Source: Eledone cirrhosa | Taxonomy: Eukaryota | Direction of reading: 5' to 3' | Length of the DNA stretch: 64,000 bases | Assembly (NCBI GenBank): GCA_964016885.1 | Contig: OZ024741.1 | Location: forward strand, 371,752,001-371,816,000 | In this document: positions 36,601-51,300 of the stretch, in pieces | Layout: the number at the start of each line of letters is the position of its first letter | Numbering within the stretch: position 1 is the stretch's first letter | Notes under the pieces: generated by a model | What the model was told of the DNA's origin: nothing | Database searches by the model: none | The model's input: the letters and a program-made list of their open reading frames with translations, nothing else | Translations under genes and position numbers: made by a program

Positions 36601-39600
36601 GTATAGTGGACAACGTTATTAGGTGTCTAACAACTGTATAGTGGACAACGTTATTAAGGAGTCTGAAAACTGTATAGTGGACAACGTTATTAGGAGTCTG
36701 ACAACTGTATAGTGGACAACGTTATTAGGTGTCTAACAACTGTATAGTGGACAACGTTATTAGGAGTCTAACAACGGACTAGTGGACAACGTTATTAGGA
36801 GTCTAACAACTGTATAGTGAACAACGTTGTTAGGAGTGTAACAACTGTATAGTGGGCAACGTTATTAGGAGTCTAACAACTGTATAGTGGACAACGTTAT
36901 TAGGTGTCTAACAACTGTATAGTGGAGAAGGTTATTAGGAGTCTGACAACTGTATAGTGGACAACGTTGTTAGGGGCCTAACAACTGTATAGTGGAGATC
37001 GTTGTTAGGAGTCTAGCAACTGTATAGTGGACAACGTTATTAGGAGTTTAACAACTGTATAGTGGTTAACGTTATTAGGTGTCTAACAACTTTATAGTGG
37101 ACAACGTTATTTGGAGTCTGACAACTGTATAGTGGACAACGTTATTAGGAGTTCTGACAACTGTATAGTGGACAACGTTATTAGGAGTCTGACAACTGTA
37201 GAGTGGACACCGTTGTTAGGAGTCTAACAACTGTATAGTGGACAACGTTATTAGGAGTCTGACAACTGTATAGTGGACAACGTTATTAGGAGTCTGACAA
37301 CTGTATAGTGGACAACGTTGTTAGGAATCTGACAACTGTATAGTGGACAACGTTATTAGGAGTCTGACAACTGTATAGTGGACAACGTTATTAGGAGTCT
37401 GACAACTGTATAGTGGACAACGTTATTAGGAGTCTAACAACTGTATAGTGGACAACGTTATTAGGAGTCTGACAACTGTATAGTGGACAACTTTATTAGG
37501 AGTCTGACAACTGTATAGTGGACAACGTTATTAGGAGCCTAACCACTGTATAGTGGATAACGTTGTTAGGAGTCTAACAACTGTAGAGTGGACCACGCTG
37601 TTAGGTGTCTAACAACTGTATAGTGGACAACGTTGTTAGGAGTCTGACAACGGTATAGTGGACAACGTTATTAGGTGTCTAACAACTGTATATTGGACAA
37701 CGTTATTAGGAGTCTAACAACGGTATAGTGGACAGCGTTATTAGGTGTCTACCAACTGTATAGTGGACAACGTTATTAGGAGTCTAACAACGGACTAGTG
37801 GACAACGTTATTAGGAGTCAAACAACTGTATAGTGAACAACGTTGTTAGGAGTGTAACAACTGTATAGTGGGCAACGTTATTAGGAGTCTAACAACTGTA
37901 TAGTGGACAACGTTATTAGGAGTCTAACAACTGTATAGTGGACAATATTATTAGGAGTCTAACAACTGTATAGTGGACAACGTTATTAGGAGTCTGACTA
38001 CTGTATAGTGGACAACGTTGTTAGGAGTCTAACAACTGAATAGTGGACAACGTTATTAGGAGTCTAACAACTGTATAGTGGACAACGTTATTAGCAGTCT
38101 AACAACTGTATAGTGGACAACGTTATTAGGAGTCTGACAACTGTATAGTGGACAACGTTATTAGGAGTCTGACAACTGTAGAGTAGACAACGTTGTTAGG
38201 AGTCTAACAACTGTATAGTGGTCAACGTTGTTAGGAGTCTGACAACTGTATAGTGGACTACGTTGTTAGGAGTCTAACAACTGTATAGTGGACACCGTTA
38301 TTAGGAGTCTGACAACGGTATAGTGGACAACGTTATTAGGTGTCTAACAACTGTATAGTGGACAACGTTATTAGGAGTATAACAACTGTATAGTGGACAA
38401 CGTTATTAGGAGTCTAACAACGGACTAGTGGACAACGTTATCAGGAGTCTAACAACTGTATAGTGAACAACGTTGTTAGGAGTGTAACAACTGTATAGTG
38501 GGCAACGTTATTAGGAGTCTAACAACTGTATAGTGGACAACGTTGTTAGGAGTCTAACAACTGTATAGTGGACAACGTTATTAGGAGTCTAACAACTGTA
38601 TAGTGGACAACGTTATTAGGAGTCTGACAACTGTATAGTGGACAACTTTATTAGGAGTCTGACAACTGTATAGTGAACAACGTTATTAGGAGCCTAACAA
38701 CTGTATAGTGGATAACGTTGTTAGGAGTCTAACAACTGTATAGTGGACCACGCTGTTAGGAGTCTGACAACTGTATAGTGGACAACGTTATTAAGAGTCT
38801 AACAAATGTATAGTCGACAACGTTGTTAGGAGCCTAACAACTGTATAGTGGAGATCGTTGTCAGGAATCTAACAACTGTATAGTGGACAATGTTGTTAGG
38901 AGTCTGACAACGGTATAGTGGACAACGTTATTAGGTGTCTAACAATTGTATATTGGACAACGTTATTAGGAGTCTAACAACGGTATAGTGGACAACGTTA
39001 TTAGGTGTCTAACAACTGTATAGTGGACAACGTTATTAGGAGTCTAACAACGGACTAGTGGACAACGTTATTAGGAGTCTAACAACTGTATAGTGAACAA
39101 CGTTGTTAGGAGTGTAACAACTGTATAGTGGGCAACGTTATTAGGAGTCTAACAACTGTATAGTGGACAACGTTATTAGGAGTCTGACAACTGTATAGTG
39201 GACAACGTTGTTAGGAGTCTAACAACTGAATAGTGGACAACGTTATTAGGAGTCTAACAACTGTATAGTGAACAACGTTGTTAGGAGTGTAACAACTGTA
39301 TAGTGGGCAACGTTATTAGGAGTCTAACAACTGTATAGTGGACAACGTTGTTAGGAGTCTAACAACTGTATAGTGGACAACGTTATTAGGAGTCTAACAA
39401 CTGTATAGTGGACAACGTTATTAGGAGTCTGACAACCGTATGGTGGATAGCGTTATTAGGAGTCTGACAACTGTATAGTGGACAACGTTATTAGGAGTGT
39501 AACAACTGTGTAGTGGACAAGGTTATTGGAGTCTAACAACTGTGTAGTGGACAACGTTATTAGGAGTCTAACAATGTATAGTGGACAACGTTATTAGGAG

Positions 39601-42499
39601 TCTAACAACTGTATAGTGGACAACGTTATTAGCTGTCTAACAACTGTATAGTGGTCAACGTTATTAGGTGTCTAATAACTGTATAGTGGACAGCATTATT
39701 AGGAGTCTGACAACTGTATAGTGGACAACGTTATTAGGAGTCTAACAACTGAATAGTGGACAACGTTATTAGGAGTCTAACAACTGTATAGTGGATAGCG
39801 TTATTAGGAGTCTGACAACTGTATAGTGGACAACGTTATTAGGAGTCTAACAACTGTGTAGTGGACAACGTTATTAGGAGTCTAACAACTGTGTAGTGGA
39901 CAACGTTATTAGGAGTCTAACAACTGTATAGTGGTCAACGTTATTAGGTGTCTAACAACTGTATAGTGGACAACATTATTAGGAGTCTGACAACTGTATA
40001 GTGGACAACGTTATTAGGAGTCTGACAACTGTATCGTGGACAACGTTGTTAGGAGTCTAACAACTGAATAGTGGACAACGTTATTAGGAGTTTAACAACT
40101 GTGTAGTGGACAACGTTATTAGGAGTCTGACACCTGTATAGTGGACAACGTTATTAGGAGTCTAACAACTGTATAGAGGACAACGTTATTTGGAGTCTAA
40201 CAACTGTATAGTGGACAACGTTGTTAGGAGTCTGACAACTGTATAGTGGAGAACGTTATTAGGAGTCTGACAACTGTAGAGTAGACAACGTTGTTAGGAG
40301 TCTAACAACTGTATAGTGTACAACGTTATTAGGAGTCTGACAACTGTATAGTGGACAACGTTGTTAGGAGTCTGACAACTGTATAGTGGACAACGTTGTT
40401 AGGAGTCTAACAACTGTATAGTGGTCAACGTTGTTAGGAGTCTGACAACTGTATAGTGGACAACGTTGTTAGGAGTCTAACAACTGTATAGTGGACTACG
40501 TTATTAGGAGTCTGACAACTGTATAGTGGACAACGTTGTTAGGAGTCTAACAACTGTATAGTGGACAACGTTATTAGGAGTCTGAGAACGGTATAGTGGA
40601 CAACGTTATTAGGTGTCTAACAACTGTATAGTGGACAACGTTATTAGGAGTCTAACAACGGTATAGTGGACAACGTTATTAGGTTTCTAACAACTGTATA
40701 GTGGACAACGTTATTAGGAGTCTAACAACGGACTAGTGGAAAACGTTATCAGGAGTCTAACAACTGTATAGTGAACAACGTTGTTAGGAGTGTAACAACT
40801 GTATAGTGGGCAACGTTATTAGGAGTCTAACAACTGTATAGTGGACAACGTTGTTAGGAGTCTAACAACTGTATAGTGGACAACGTTATTAGGAGTCTGA
40901 CAACGGTATAGTGGACAACGTTATTAGGTGTCTAACAACTGTATAGTGGACAACGTTATTAGGAGTCTAACAACTGTATAGTGGACAACGTTATTAGGAG
41001 TCTAACAACGGACTAGTGGACAACGTTATCAGGAGTCTAACAACTGTATAGTGAACAACGTTGTTAGGAGTGTAACAACTGTATAGTGGGCAACGTTATT
41101 AGGAGTCTAACAACTGTATAGTGGACAACGTTGTTAGGAGTCTAACAACTGTATAGTGGACAACGTTATTAGGAGTCTAACAACTGTATAGTGGACAACG
41201 TTATTAGGAGTCTGACAACTGTATAGTGGACAACTTTATTGGGAGTCTGACAACTGTATAGTGGACAACGTTATTAGGAGCCTAACAACTGTATAGTGGA
41301 TAACGTTGTTAGGAGTCTAACAACTGTATAGTGGACCACGCTGTTAGGAGTCTGACAACTGTATAGTGGACAACGTTATTAAGAGTCTAACAACTGTATA
41401 GTCGACAACGTTGTTAGGAGCCTAACAACTGTATAGTGGAGATCGTTGTCAGGAGTCTAACAACTGTATAGTGGACAACGTTGTTAGGAGTCTGACAACG
41501 GTATAGTGGACAACGTTATTAGGTGTCTAACAACTGTATATTGGACAACGTTATTAGGAGTCTAACAACGGTATAGTGGACAACGTTATTAGGAGTCTAA
41601 CAACTGTATAGTGAACAACGTTGTTAGGAGTGTAACAAATGTATAGTGGGCAACGTTATTAGGAGTCTAACAACTGTATAGTGGACAACGTTATTAGGAG
41701 TCTAACAACTGTATAGTGGACAATGTTATTAGGAGTCTAACAACTGTATAGAGGACAACGTTATTAGGAGTCTGACAACTGTATAGTGGACAACGTTATT
41801 AGGAGTCTGACAACTCTATAGTGGACAACGTTGTTAGGAGTCTAACAACTGAATAGTGGACAACGTTATTAGGAGTCTAACAACTGTATAGTGGACAACG
41901 TTATTAGGTGTCTAACAACTGTATAGTGGACAACGTTATTAGGAGTCTGTCAACCGTATAGTGGATAGCGTTATTAGAAGTCTGACAACTGTATAGTGGA
42001 CAACGTTATTAGGAGTCTAACAACTGTGTAGTGGACAACGTTATTGGAGTCTAACAACTGTGTAGTGGACAACGTTATTAGGAGTCTAACAATGTATAGT
42101 GGACAACGTTTTAGGAGTCTAACAACTGTATAGTGGACAACGTTATTAGCTGTCTAACAACTGTATAGTGGTCAACGTTATTAGGTGTCTAACAACTGTA
42201 TAGTGGACAACGTTATTAGGAGTCTGACAACTGTATAGTGGACAAAGTTATTAGGAGTCTAACAACTGTATAGTGGACAACGTTATTAGGAGTCTGACAA
42301 CTGTATAGTGGACAACGTTATTAGGAGTCTAACAACTGTGTAGTGGACAACGTTATTAGGAGTCTAACAACTGTATAGTGGACAACGTTGTTAGGAGTCT
42401 AACAACTGAATAGTGGACAACGTTATTAGGAGTCTCACAACTGTATAGTGGACAACGTTGTTAGGAGTCTGACAACTGTATAGTGGTCAACGTTATTAG

Positions 42500-45400
42500 G
42501 AGTCTAACAACTGTATAGTGGACAACGTTATTAGGAGTCTAACAACGGATTAGTGAACAACGTTATTGGGAGTCTAACAACTGTATAGAGGACAACGTTA
42601 TTTGGAGTCTAACAACTGTATAGTGGACAACGTTATTAGGAGTCTGACAACTGTATAGTGGACAACGTTATTAGGAGTCTGACAACTGTAGAGTAGACAA
42701 CGTTGTTAGGAGTCTAACAACTGTATAGTGGACAACGTTATTAGGAGTCTGACAACTGTATAGTGGACAACGTTGTTAGGAGTCTGACAACTGTATAGTG
42801 GACAACGTTGTTAGGAGTCTAACAACTGTATAGTGGTCAACGTTGTTAGGAGTCTGACAACTGTATAGTGGACAACGTTGTTAGGAGTCTAACAACTGTA
42901 TAGTGGACTACGTTATTAGGAGTCTGACAACTGTATAGTGGACAACGTTGTTAGGAGTCTAACAACTGTATAGTGGACAACGTTATTAGGAGTCTGAGAA
43001 CGGTATAGTGGACAGCGTTATTAGGTGTCTAACAACTGTATAGTGGACAACGTTATTAGGAGTCTAACAACGGTATAGTGGACAACGTTATTAGGTTTCT
43101 AACAACTGTATAGTGGACAACGTTATTAGGAGTCTAACAACGGACTAGTGGACAACGTTATCAGGAGTCTAACAACTGTAGAGTGAACACCGTTGTTAGG
43201 AGTGTAACAACTGTGTAGTGGGCAACGTTATTAGGAGTCTCACAACTGTATAGTGGACAACGTTATTAGGAGTCTAACAACTGTATAGTGGACAACGTTA
43301 TTAGGAGTCTGACAACTGTATAGTGGACAACGTTATTAGGAGTCTGACAACTGTATAGTGGACAACGTTGTTAGGAGTCTATCAACTGAATAGTGGACAA
43401 CGTTATTAGGTGTCTAACAACTGTGTAGTGGACAACGTTATTAGGAGTCTAACAACTGTATAGTGGACAACGTTATTAGGAGTCTGACAACTGTATAGTG
43501 GACAACGTTATTAGGAGTCTAACAACTGTATAGTGGACAACGTTGTTAGGAGTCTGACAACTGTATAGTGGACAACGTTGTTAGGAGTCTGACAACTGTA
43601 TAGTGGGCAACGTTATTAGGAGTCTGACAACTGTATAGTAGACAACATTATTAGAAGTTTGACAACTGTAGAGTGGACACCGTTGTTAGGAGTCTAACAA
43701 CTGTATAGTGGACAACGTTATTAGGAGTCTAACAACTGTATAGTGGACAACGTTATTAGGAGTCTAACAACGGATTAGTGAACAACGTTATTGGGAGTCT
43801 AACAACTGTATAGAGGACAACGTTATTTGGAGTCTAACAACTGTATAGGGGACAACGTTATTAGGAGTCTGACAACTGTATAGTGGACAACGTTATTAGG
43901 AGTCTGACAACTGTAGAGTAGACAACGTTGTTAGGAGTCTAACAACTGTATAGTGGACAACGTTATTAGGAGTCTCACAACTGTATAGTGGACAACGTTG
44001 TTAGGAGTCTGACAACTGTATAGTGGACAACGTTGTTAGGAGTCTAACAACTGTATAGTGGTCAACGTTGTTAGGAGTCTGACAACTGTATAGTGGACAA
44101 CGTTGTTAGGAGTCTAACAACTGTATAGTGGACTACGTTATTAGGAGTCTGACAACTGTATAGTGGACAACGTTGTTAGGAGTCTAACAACTGTATAGTG
44201 GACAACGTTATTAGGAGTCTGAGAACGGTATAGTGGACAACGTTATTAGGTGTCTAATAACTGTATAGTGGACAACGTTATTAGGAGTCTAACAACGGTA
44301 TAGTGGACAACGTTATTAGGTTTCTAACAACTGTATAGTGGACAACGTTATTAGGAGTCTAACAACGGACTAGTGGACAACGTTATCAGGAGTCTAACAA
44401 CTGTAGAGTGAACACCGTTGTTAGGAGTGTAACAACTGTATAGTGGGCAACGTTATTAGGAGTCTAACAACTGTATAGTGGACAACGTTATTAGGAGTCT
44501 AACAACTGTATAGTGGACAACGTTATTAGTAGTCTAACAACTGTATAGTGGACAACGTTATTAGGAGTCTGACAACTGTATAGTGGACAACGTTATTAGG
44601 AGTCTGACAACTGTATAGTGGACAACGTTGTTAGGAGTCTAACAACTGAATAGTGGACAACGTTATTAGGAGTCTAACAACTGTGTAGTGGACAACGTTA
44701 TTAGGCGTCTAGCAACTGTATAGTGGACAACGTTATTAGGAGTCTGACAACTGTATAGTGGACAACGTTGTTAGGAGTCTGACAACTGTATATTGGACAA
44801 CGTTTTTAGGAGTCTGACAACTGTATAGTGGACAACGTTATTAGGAGTCTGACAACTTTATAGTGGACAACGTTGTTAGGAGTCTAACAACTGTATAGTG
44901 GACAACGTTATTAGGAGTCTAACAACTGTATAGTGGACAACGTTATTAGGAGTCTAACAACGGATTAGTGAACAACGTTATTGGGAGTCTAACAACTGTA
45001 TAGAGGACAACGTTATTTGGAGTCTAACAACTGTATAGGGGACAACGTTATTAGGAGTCTGACAACTGTATAGTGGACAACGTTATTAGGAGTCTGACAA
45101 CTGTAGAGTAGACAACGTTGTTAGGAGTCTAACAACTGTATAGTGGACAACGTTATTAGGAGTCTGACAACTGTATAGTGGACAACGTTGTTAGGAGTCT
45201 GACAACTGTATAGTGGACAACGTTGTTAGGAGTCTAACAACTGTATAGTGGTCAACGTTGTTAGGAGTCTGACAACTGTATAGTGGACAACGTTGTTAGG
45301 AGTCTAACAACTGTATAGTGGACTACGTTATTAGGAGTCTGAGAACGGTATAGTGGACAACGTTATTAGGTGTCTAACAATTGTATAGTGGACAACGTTA

Positions 45401-48330
45401 TTAGGAGTCTAACAACGGTATAGTGGACAACGTTATTAGGTTTCTAACAACTGTATAGTGGACAACGTTATTAGGAGTCTAACAACGGACTAGTGGACAA
45501 CGTTATCAGGAGTCTAACAACTGTAGAGTGAACACCGTTGTTAGGAGTGTAACAACTGTGTAGTGGGCAACGTTATTAGGAGTCTAACAACTGTATAGTG
45601 GACAACGTTATTAGGAGTCTAACAACTGTATAGTGGACAACGTTATTAGGAGTCTAACAACTGTATAGTGGACAACGTTATTAGGAGTCTGACAACTGTA
45701 TAGTGGACAACGTTGTTAGGAGTCTATCAACTGAATAGTGGACAACGTTATTAGGAGTCTAACAACTGTGTAGTGGACAACGTTATTAGGAGTCTAACAA
45801 CTGTATAGTGGACAACGTTATTAGGAGTCTGACAACTGTATAGTGGACAACGTTATTAGGAGTCTAACAACTGTATAGTGGACAACGTTGTTAGGAGTCT
45901 GACAACTGTATAGTGGACAACGTTGTTAGGAGTCTGACAACTGTATAGTGGGCAACGTTATTAGGAGTCTGACAACTGTATAGTAGACAAGGTTATTAGA
46001 AGTTTGACAACTGTAGAGTGGACACCGTTGTTAGGAGTCTAACAACTGTATAGTGGACAACGTTATTAGGAGTCTAACAACTGTATAGTGGACAACGTTA
46101 TTAGGAGTCTAACAACGGATTAGTGAACAACGTTATTGGGAGTCTAACAACTGTATAGAGGACAACGTTATTTGGAGTCTAACAACTGTATAGGGGACAA
46201 CGTTATTAGGAGTCTGACAACTGTATAGTGGACAACGTTGTTAGGAGTCTATCAACTGTATAGTGGACAACGTTGTTAGGAGTCTGACAACTGTATAGTG
46301 GACAACGATGTTAGGAGTCTAACAACTGTATAGTGGTCAACGTTGTTAGGAGTCTGACAACTGTATAGTGGACAACGTTGTTAGGAGTCTAACAACTGTA
46401 TAGTGGACTACGTTATTAGGAGTCTGACAACTGTATAGTGGACAACGTTGTTAGGAGTCTAACAACTGTATAGTGGACAACGTTATTAGGAGTCTGAGAA
46501 CGGTATAGTGGACAACGTTATTTGGTGTCTAACAACTGTATAGTGGACAACGTTTTTAGGAGTCTAACAACGGTATAGTGGACAACGTTATTAGGTTTCT
46601 AACAACTGTATAGTGGACAACGTTATTAGGAGTCTAACAACGGACTAGTGGACAACGTTATCAGGAGTCTAACAACTGTAGAGTGAACACCGTTGTTAGG
46701 AGTGTAACAACTGTATAGTGGGCAACGTTATTAGGAGTCTAACAACTGTATAGTGGACAACGTTATTAGGAGTCTAACAACTGTATAGTGGACAACGTTA
46801 TTAGTAGTCTAACAACTGTATAGTGGACAACGTTATTAGGAGTCTGACAACTGTATAGTGGACAACGTTATTAGGAGTCTGACAACTGTATAGTGGACAA
46901 CGTTGTTAGGAGTCTAACAACTGAATAGTGGACAACGTTATTAGGAGTCTAACAACTGTGTAGTGGACAACGTTATTAGGAGTCTAACAACTGTATAGTG
47001 GACAACGTTATTAGGAGTCTGACAACTGTATAGTGGACAACGTTGTTAGGAGTCTGACAACTGTATATTGGACAACGTTTTTAGAAGTCTGACAACTGTA
47101 TAGTGGACAACGTTATTAGGAGTCTGACAACTTTATAGTGGACAACGTTGTTAGGAGTCTAACAACTGTATAGTGGACAACGTTATTAGGAGTCTAACAA
47201 CTGTATAGTGGACAACGTTATTAGGAGTCTAACAACGGATTAGTGAACAACGTTATTGGGAGTCTAACAACTGTATAGAGGACAACGTTATTTGGAGTCT
47301 AACAACTGTATAGGGGACAACGTTATTAGGAGTCTGACAACTGTATAGTGGACAACGTTATTAGGAGTCTGACAACTGTAGAGTAGACAACGTTGTTAGG
47401 AGTCTAACAACTGTATAGTGGACAACGTTATTAGGAGTCTGACAACTGTATAGTGGACAACGTTGTTAGGAGTCTGACAACTGTATAGTGGACAACGTTG
47501 TTAGGAGTCTAACAACTGTATAGTGGTCAACGTTGTTAGGAGTCTGACAACTGTATAGTGGACAACGTTGTTAGGAGTCTAACAACTGTATAGTGGACTA
47601 CGTTATTAGGAGTCTGACAACTGTATAGTGGACAACGTTGTTAGGAGTCAAACAACTGTATAGTGAACAACGTTATTAGGAGTCTGAGAACGGTATAGTG
47701 GACAACGTTATTAGGTGTCTAACAACTGTATAGTGGACAACGTTATTAGGATTCTAACAACGGTATAGTGGACAACGTTATTAGGTTTCTAACAACTGTA
47801 TAGTGGACAACGTTATTAGGAGTCTAACAACGGACTAGTGGACAACGTTATCAGGAGTCTAACAACTGTAGAGTGAACACCGTTGTTAGGAGTGTAACAA
47901 CTGTATAGTGGGCAACGTTATTAGGAGTCTAACAACTGTATAGTGGACAACGTTATTAGGAGTCTAACAACTGTATAGTGGACAACGTTATTAGTAGTCT
48001 AACAACTGTATAGTGGACAACGTTATTAGGAGTCTGACAACTGTATAGTGGACAACGTTATTAGGAGTCTGACAACTGTATAGTGGACAACGTTGTTAGG
48101 AGTCTAACAACTGAATAGTGGACAACGTTATTAGGAGTCTAACAACTGTGTAGTGGACAACGTTATTAGGAGTCTAACAACTGTATAGTGGACAACGTTA
48201 TTAGGATTCTGACAACTGTATAGTGGACAACGTTGTTAGGAGTCTGACAACTGTATAGTGGGCAACGTTATTAGGAGTCTGACAACTGTATAGTGGACAA
48301 CGTTATTAGAAGTTTGACAACTGTAGAGTG
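42500..48330. repeat. HOR zone 4: five tandem copies of a 32-35-monomer (1,120-1,225 bp) unit with A/B alternation
   Basis: GAGAACGG at 42,996, 44,221, 45,341, 46,496 and 47,686. CGGATTAGTGAAC at 42,546, 43,771, 44,961, 46,116 and 47,236. All spacings are exact multiples of 35. A related copy lies near 40,150-40,850 (GAGAACGG at 40,584). Confidence 0.88.
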
Positions 48331-51300
48331 GACACCGTTGTTAGGAGTCTAACAACTGTATAGTGGACAACGTTATTAGGACTCTGACAACTGTATAGTG
48401 GACAACGTTGTTAGGAGTCTGACAACTGTATAGTGGACAACATTTTTAGGAGTCTGACAACTGTATAGTGGACAACGTTATTAGGAGTCTGACAACTGTA
48501 TAGTGGACAACGTTGTTAGGAGTCTAACAACTGTATAGTGGACAACGTTATTAGGAGTCTAACAACTGTATAGTGGACAACTTTATTAGGAGTCTGACAA
48601 CTGTATAGTGGACAACGTTATTAAGAGCCTAACAACTGTATAGTGGATAACGTTGTTAGGAGTCTAACAACTGTATAGTGGAGATCGTTGTTAGGAGACT
48701 AACAACTGTATAGTGGACAACGTTGTTAGGAGTCTGACAACTGTATAGTGGACAACGTTATTAAGAGTCTAACAACTGTATATGGGAGATCGTTGTTAGG
48801 AGCCTAACAACTGTATAGTGGAGATCGTTGTCAGGAGTCTAACAACTGTATAGTGGACAACATTTTTAGGAGTTTAACAACGGTATAGTGGACAACGATA
48901 TTAGGTGTCTAACAACTGTATATTGGACAACGTTATTAGGAGTCTAACAACGGTATAGTGGACAACGTTATTAGGTGTCTAACAACTGTATAGTGGACAA
49001 CGTTATTAGGAGTCTAACAACGGACTAGTGGACAACGTTATTAGGAGTCTAACAACTGTATAGTGAACAACGTTGTTAGGAGTGTAACAACTGTATAGTG
49101 GGCAACGTTATTAGGAGTCTAACAACTGTATAGTGGATAATGTTATTAGGAGTCTAACAACTGTATAGTGGACAACGTTATTAGGAGTCTGACAACTGTA
49201 TAGTGGACAACGTTATTAGGAGTCTGACAACTGTATAGTGGACAACGTTGTTAGGAGTCTAACAACTGAATAGTGGACAACGTTATTAGGAGTCTGTCAA
49301 CCGTATAGTGGATAGCGTTATTAGGAGTCTGACAACTGTATAGTGGACAACGTTATTAGGAGTCTAACAACTGTGTAGTGGACAACGTTATTGGAGTCTA
49401 ACAACTGTGTAGTGGACAACGTTATTAGGAGTCTAACAATGTATAGTGGACAACGTTATTAGGAGTCTAACAACTGTATAGTGGACAACGTTATTAGCTG
49501 TCTAACAACTGTATAGTGGTCAACGTTATTAGGTGTCTAACAACTGTATAGTGGACAACATTATTAGGAGTCTGACAACTGTATAGTGGACAACGTTATT
49601 AGGAGTCTGACAACTGTATAGTGGACAACGTTATTAGGAGTCTAACAACTGAATAGTGGACAACGTTATTAGGAGTCTAACAACTGTGTAGTGGACAACG
49701 TTATTAGGAATCTAACAACTGTATAGTGGACAACGTTATTAGGAGTCTGACAACTGTATAGTGGACAACGTTATTAGGAGTCTAAGAACTGTATAGTGGA
49801 CAATGTTATTAGGAGTCTGACAACTGTATAGTGGACAACGTTATTAGGAGTCTAACAACTGTGTACTGGACAACGTTATTAGGAGTCTAACAGCTGTATG
49901 GTGGACAACGTTGTTAGGAGTCTAACAACTGAATAGTGGACAACGTTATTAGGAGTCTCACAACTGTATAGTGGACAACGTTGTTAGGAGTCTGACAACT
50001 GTATAGTGGTCAACGTTATTAGGAGTCTAACAACTGTATAGTGGACAACGTTATTAGGAGTCTAACAACGGATTAGTGAACAACGTTGTTGGGAGTCTAA
50101 CAACTGTATAGTGGACAACGTTATTAGGAGTCTAGAAACGGTATAGTGGACAACGTTATTAGGTGTCTAACAACTGTATAGTGGACAACGTTATTAGGAG
50201 TCTAACAACTAAATAGTGGACAACGTTATTAGGAGTCTAACAACTGTATAGTGAACAACGTTATTAGGAGTCTAACAACTGAATAGTGGACAACGTTATT
50301 AGGAGTCTAACAACTGTATAGTGGAAAAAGTTATTAGGAGTCTGACAACTGTATAGTGGACAACGTTATTAGGAGTCTGACAACTGCATAGTGGACAACG
50401 TTATTAGGAGTCTAACAACTGTGTAGTGGACAACGTTATTAGGAGTTTAACAACTGTATAGTGGACAACGTTATTAGGAGTCTGACAACTGTATAGTGGA
50501 CAACGTTGTTAGGAGTCTGACAACTGTATAGTGGACAACGTTATTAGGAGTCTGACAACTGTATAGTGGACAACGTTATTAGGAGTCTGACAACTGTAGA
50601 GTGGACACCGTTGTTAGGAGTCTAACAACTGTATAGTGGACAACGTTATTAGGAGTCTAACAACTGTATAGTGGACAACGTTATTAGGAGTCTGACAACT
50701 GTATAGTGGACAACTTTATTAGGAGTCTGACAACTGTATAGTGGACAACGTTGTTAGGAGTCTAACAACTGTAGAGTAGACCACGCTGTTAGGTGTCTAA
50801 CAGCTGTATAGAGGACAACGTTGTTAGGAGCCTAACAACTGTATAGTGGAGATCGTTGTTAGGAGAATAACAACTGTATAGTGGACAACGTTGTTAGGAG
50901 TCTGACAACTGTATAGTGGACAACGTTATTAGGAGTCTAACAACTGTATAGTGGACAACGTTGTTAGGAGTCTGACAACGGTATAGTGGACAACGTTATT
51001 AGGTGTCTAACAACTGTATAGTCCACAACGTTATTAGGAGTCTAACAACGGTATAGTGGACAACGTTATTAGGTGTCTAACAACTGTATAGTGGACAACG
51101 GTATTAGGAGTCTAACAACGGACTAGTGGACAACGTTATTAGGAGTCTAACAACTGTATAGTGAACAACGTTGTTAGGAGTTTAACAACTGTATAGTGGG
51201 CAACGTTATTAGGAGTCTAACAACTGTATAGTGGACAACGTTATTAGGAGTCTAACAACTGTATAGTGGACAATGTTATTAGGAGTCTAACAACTGTATA

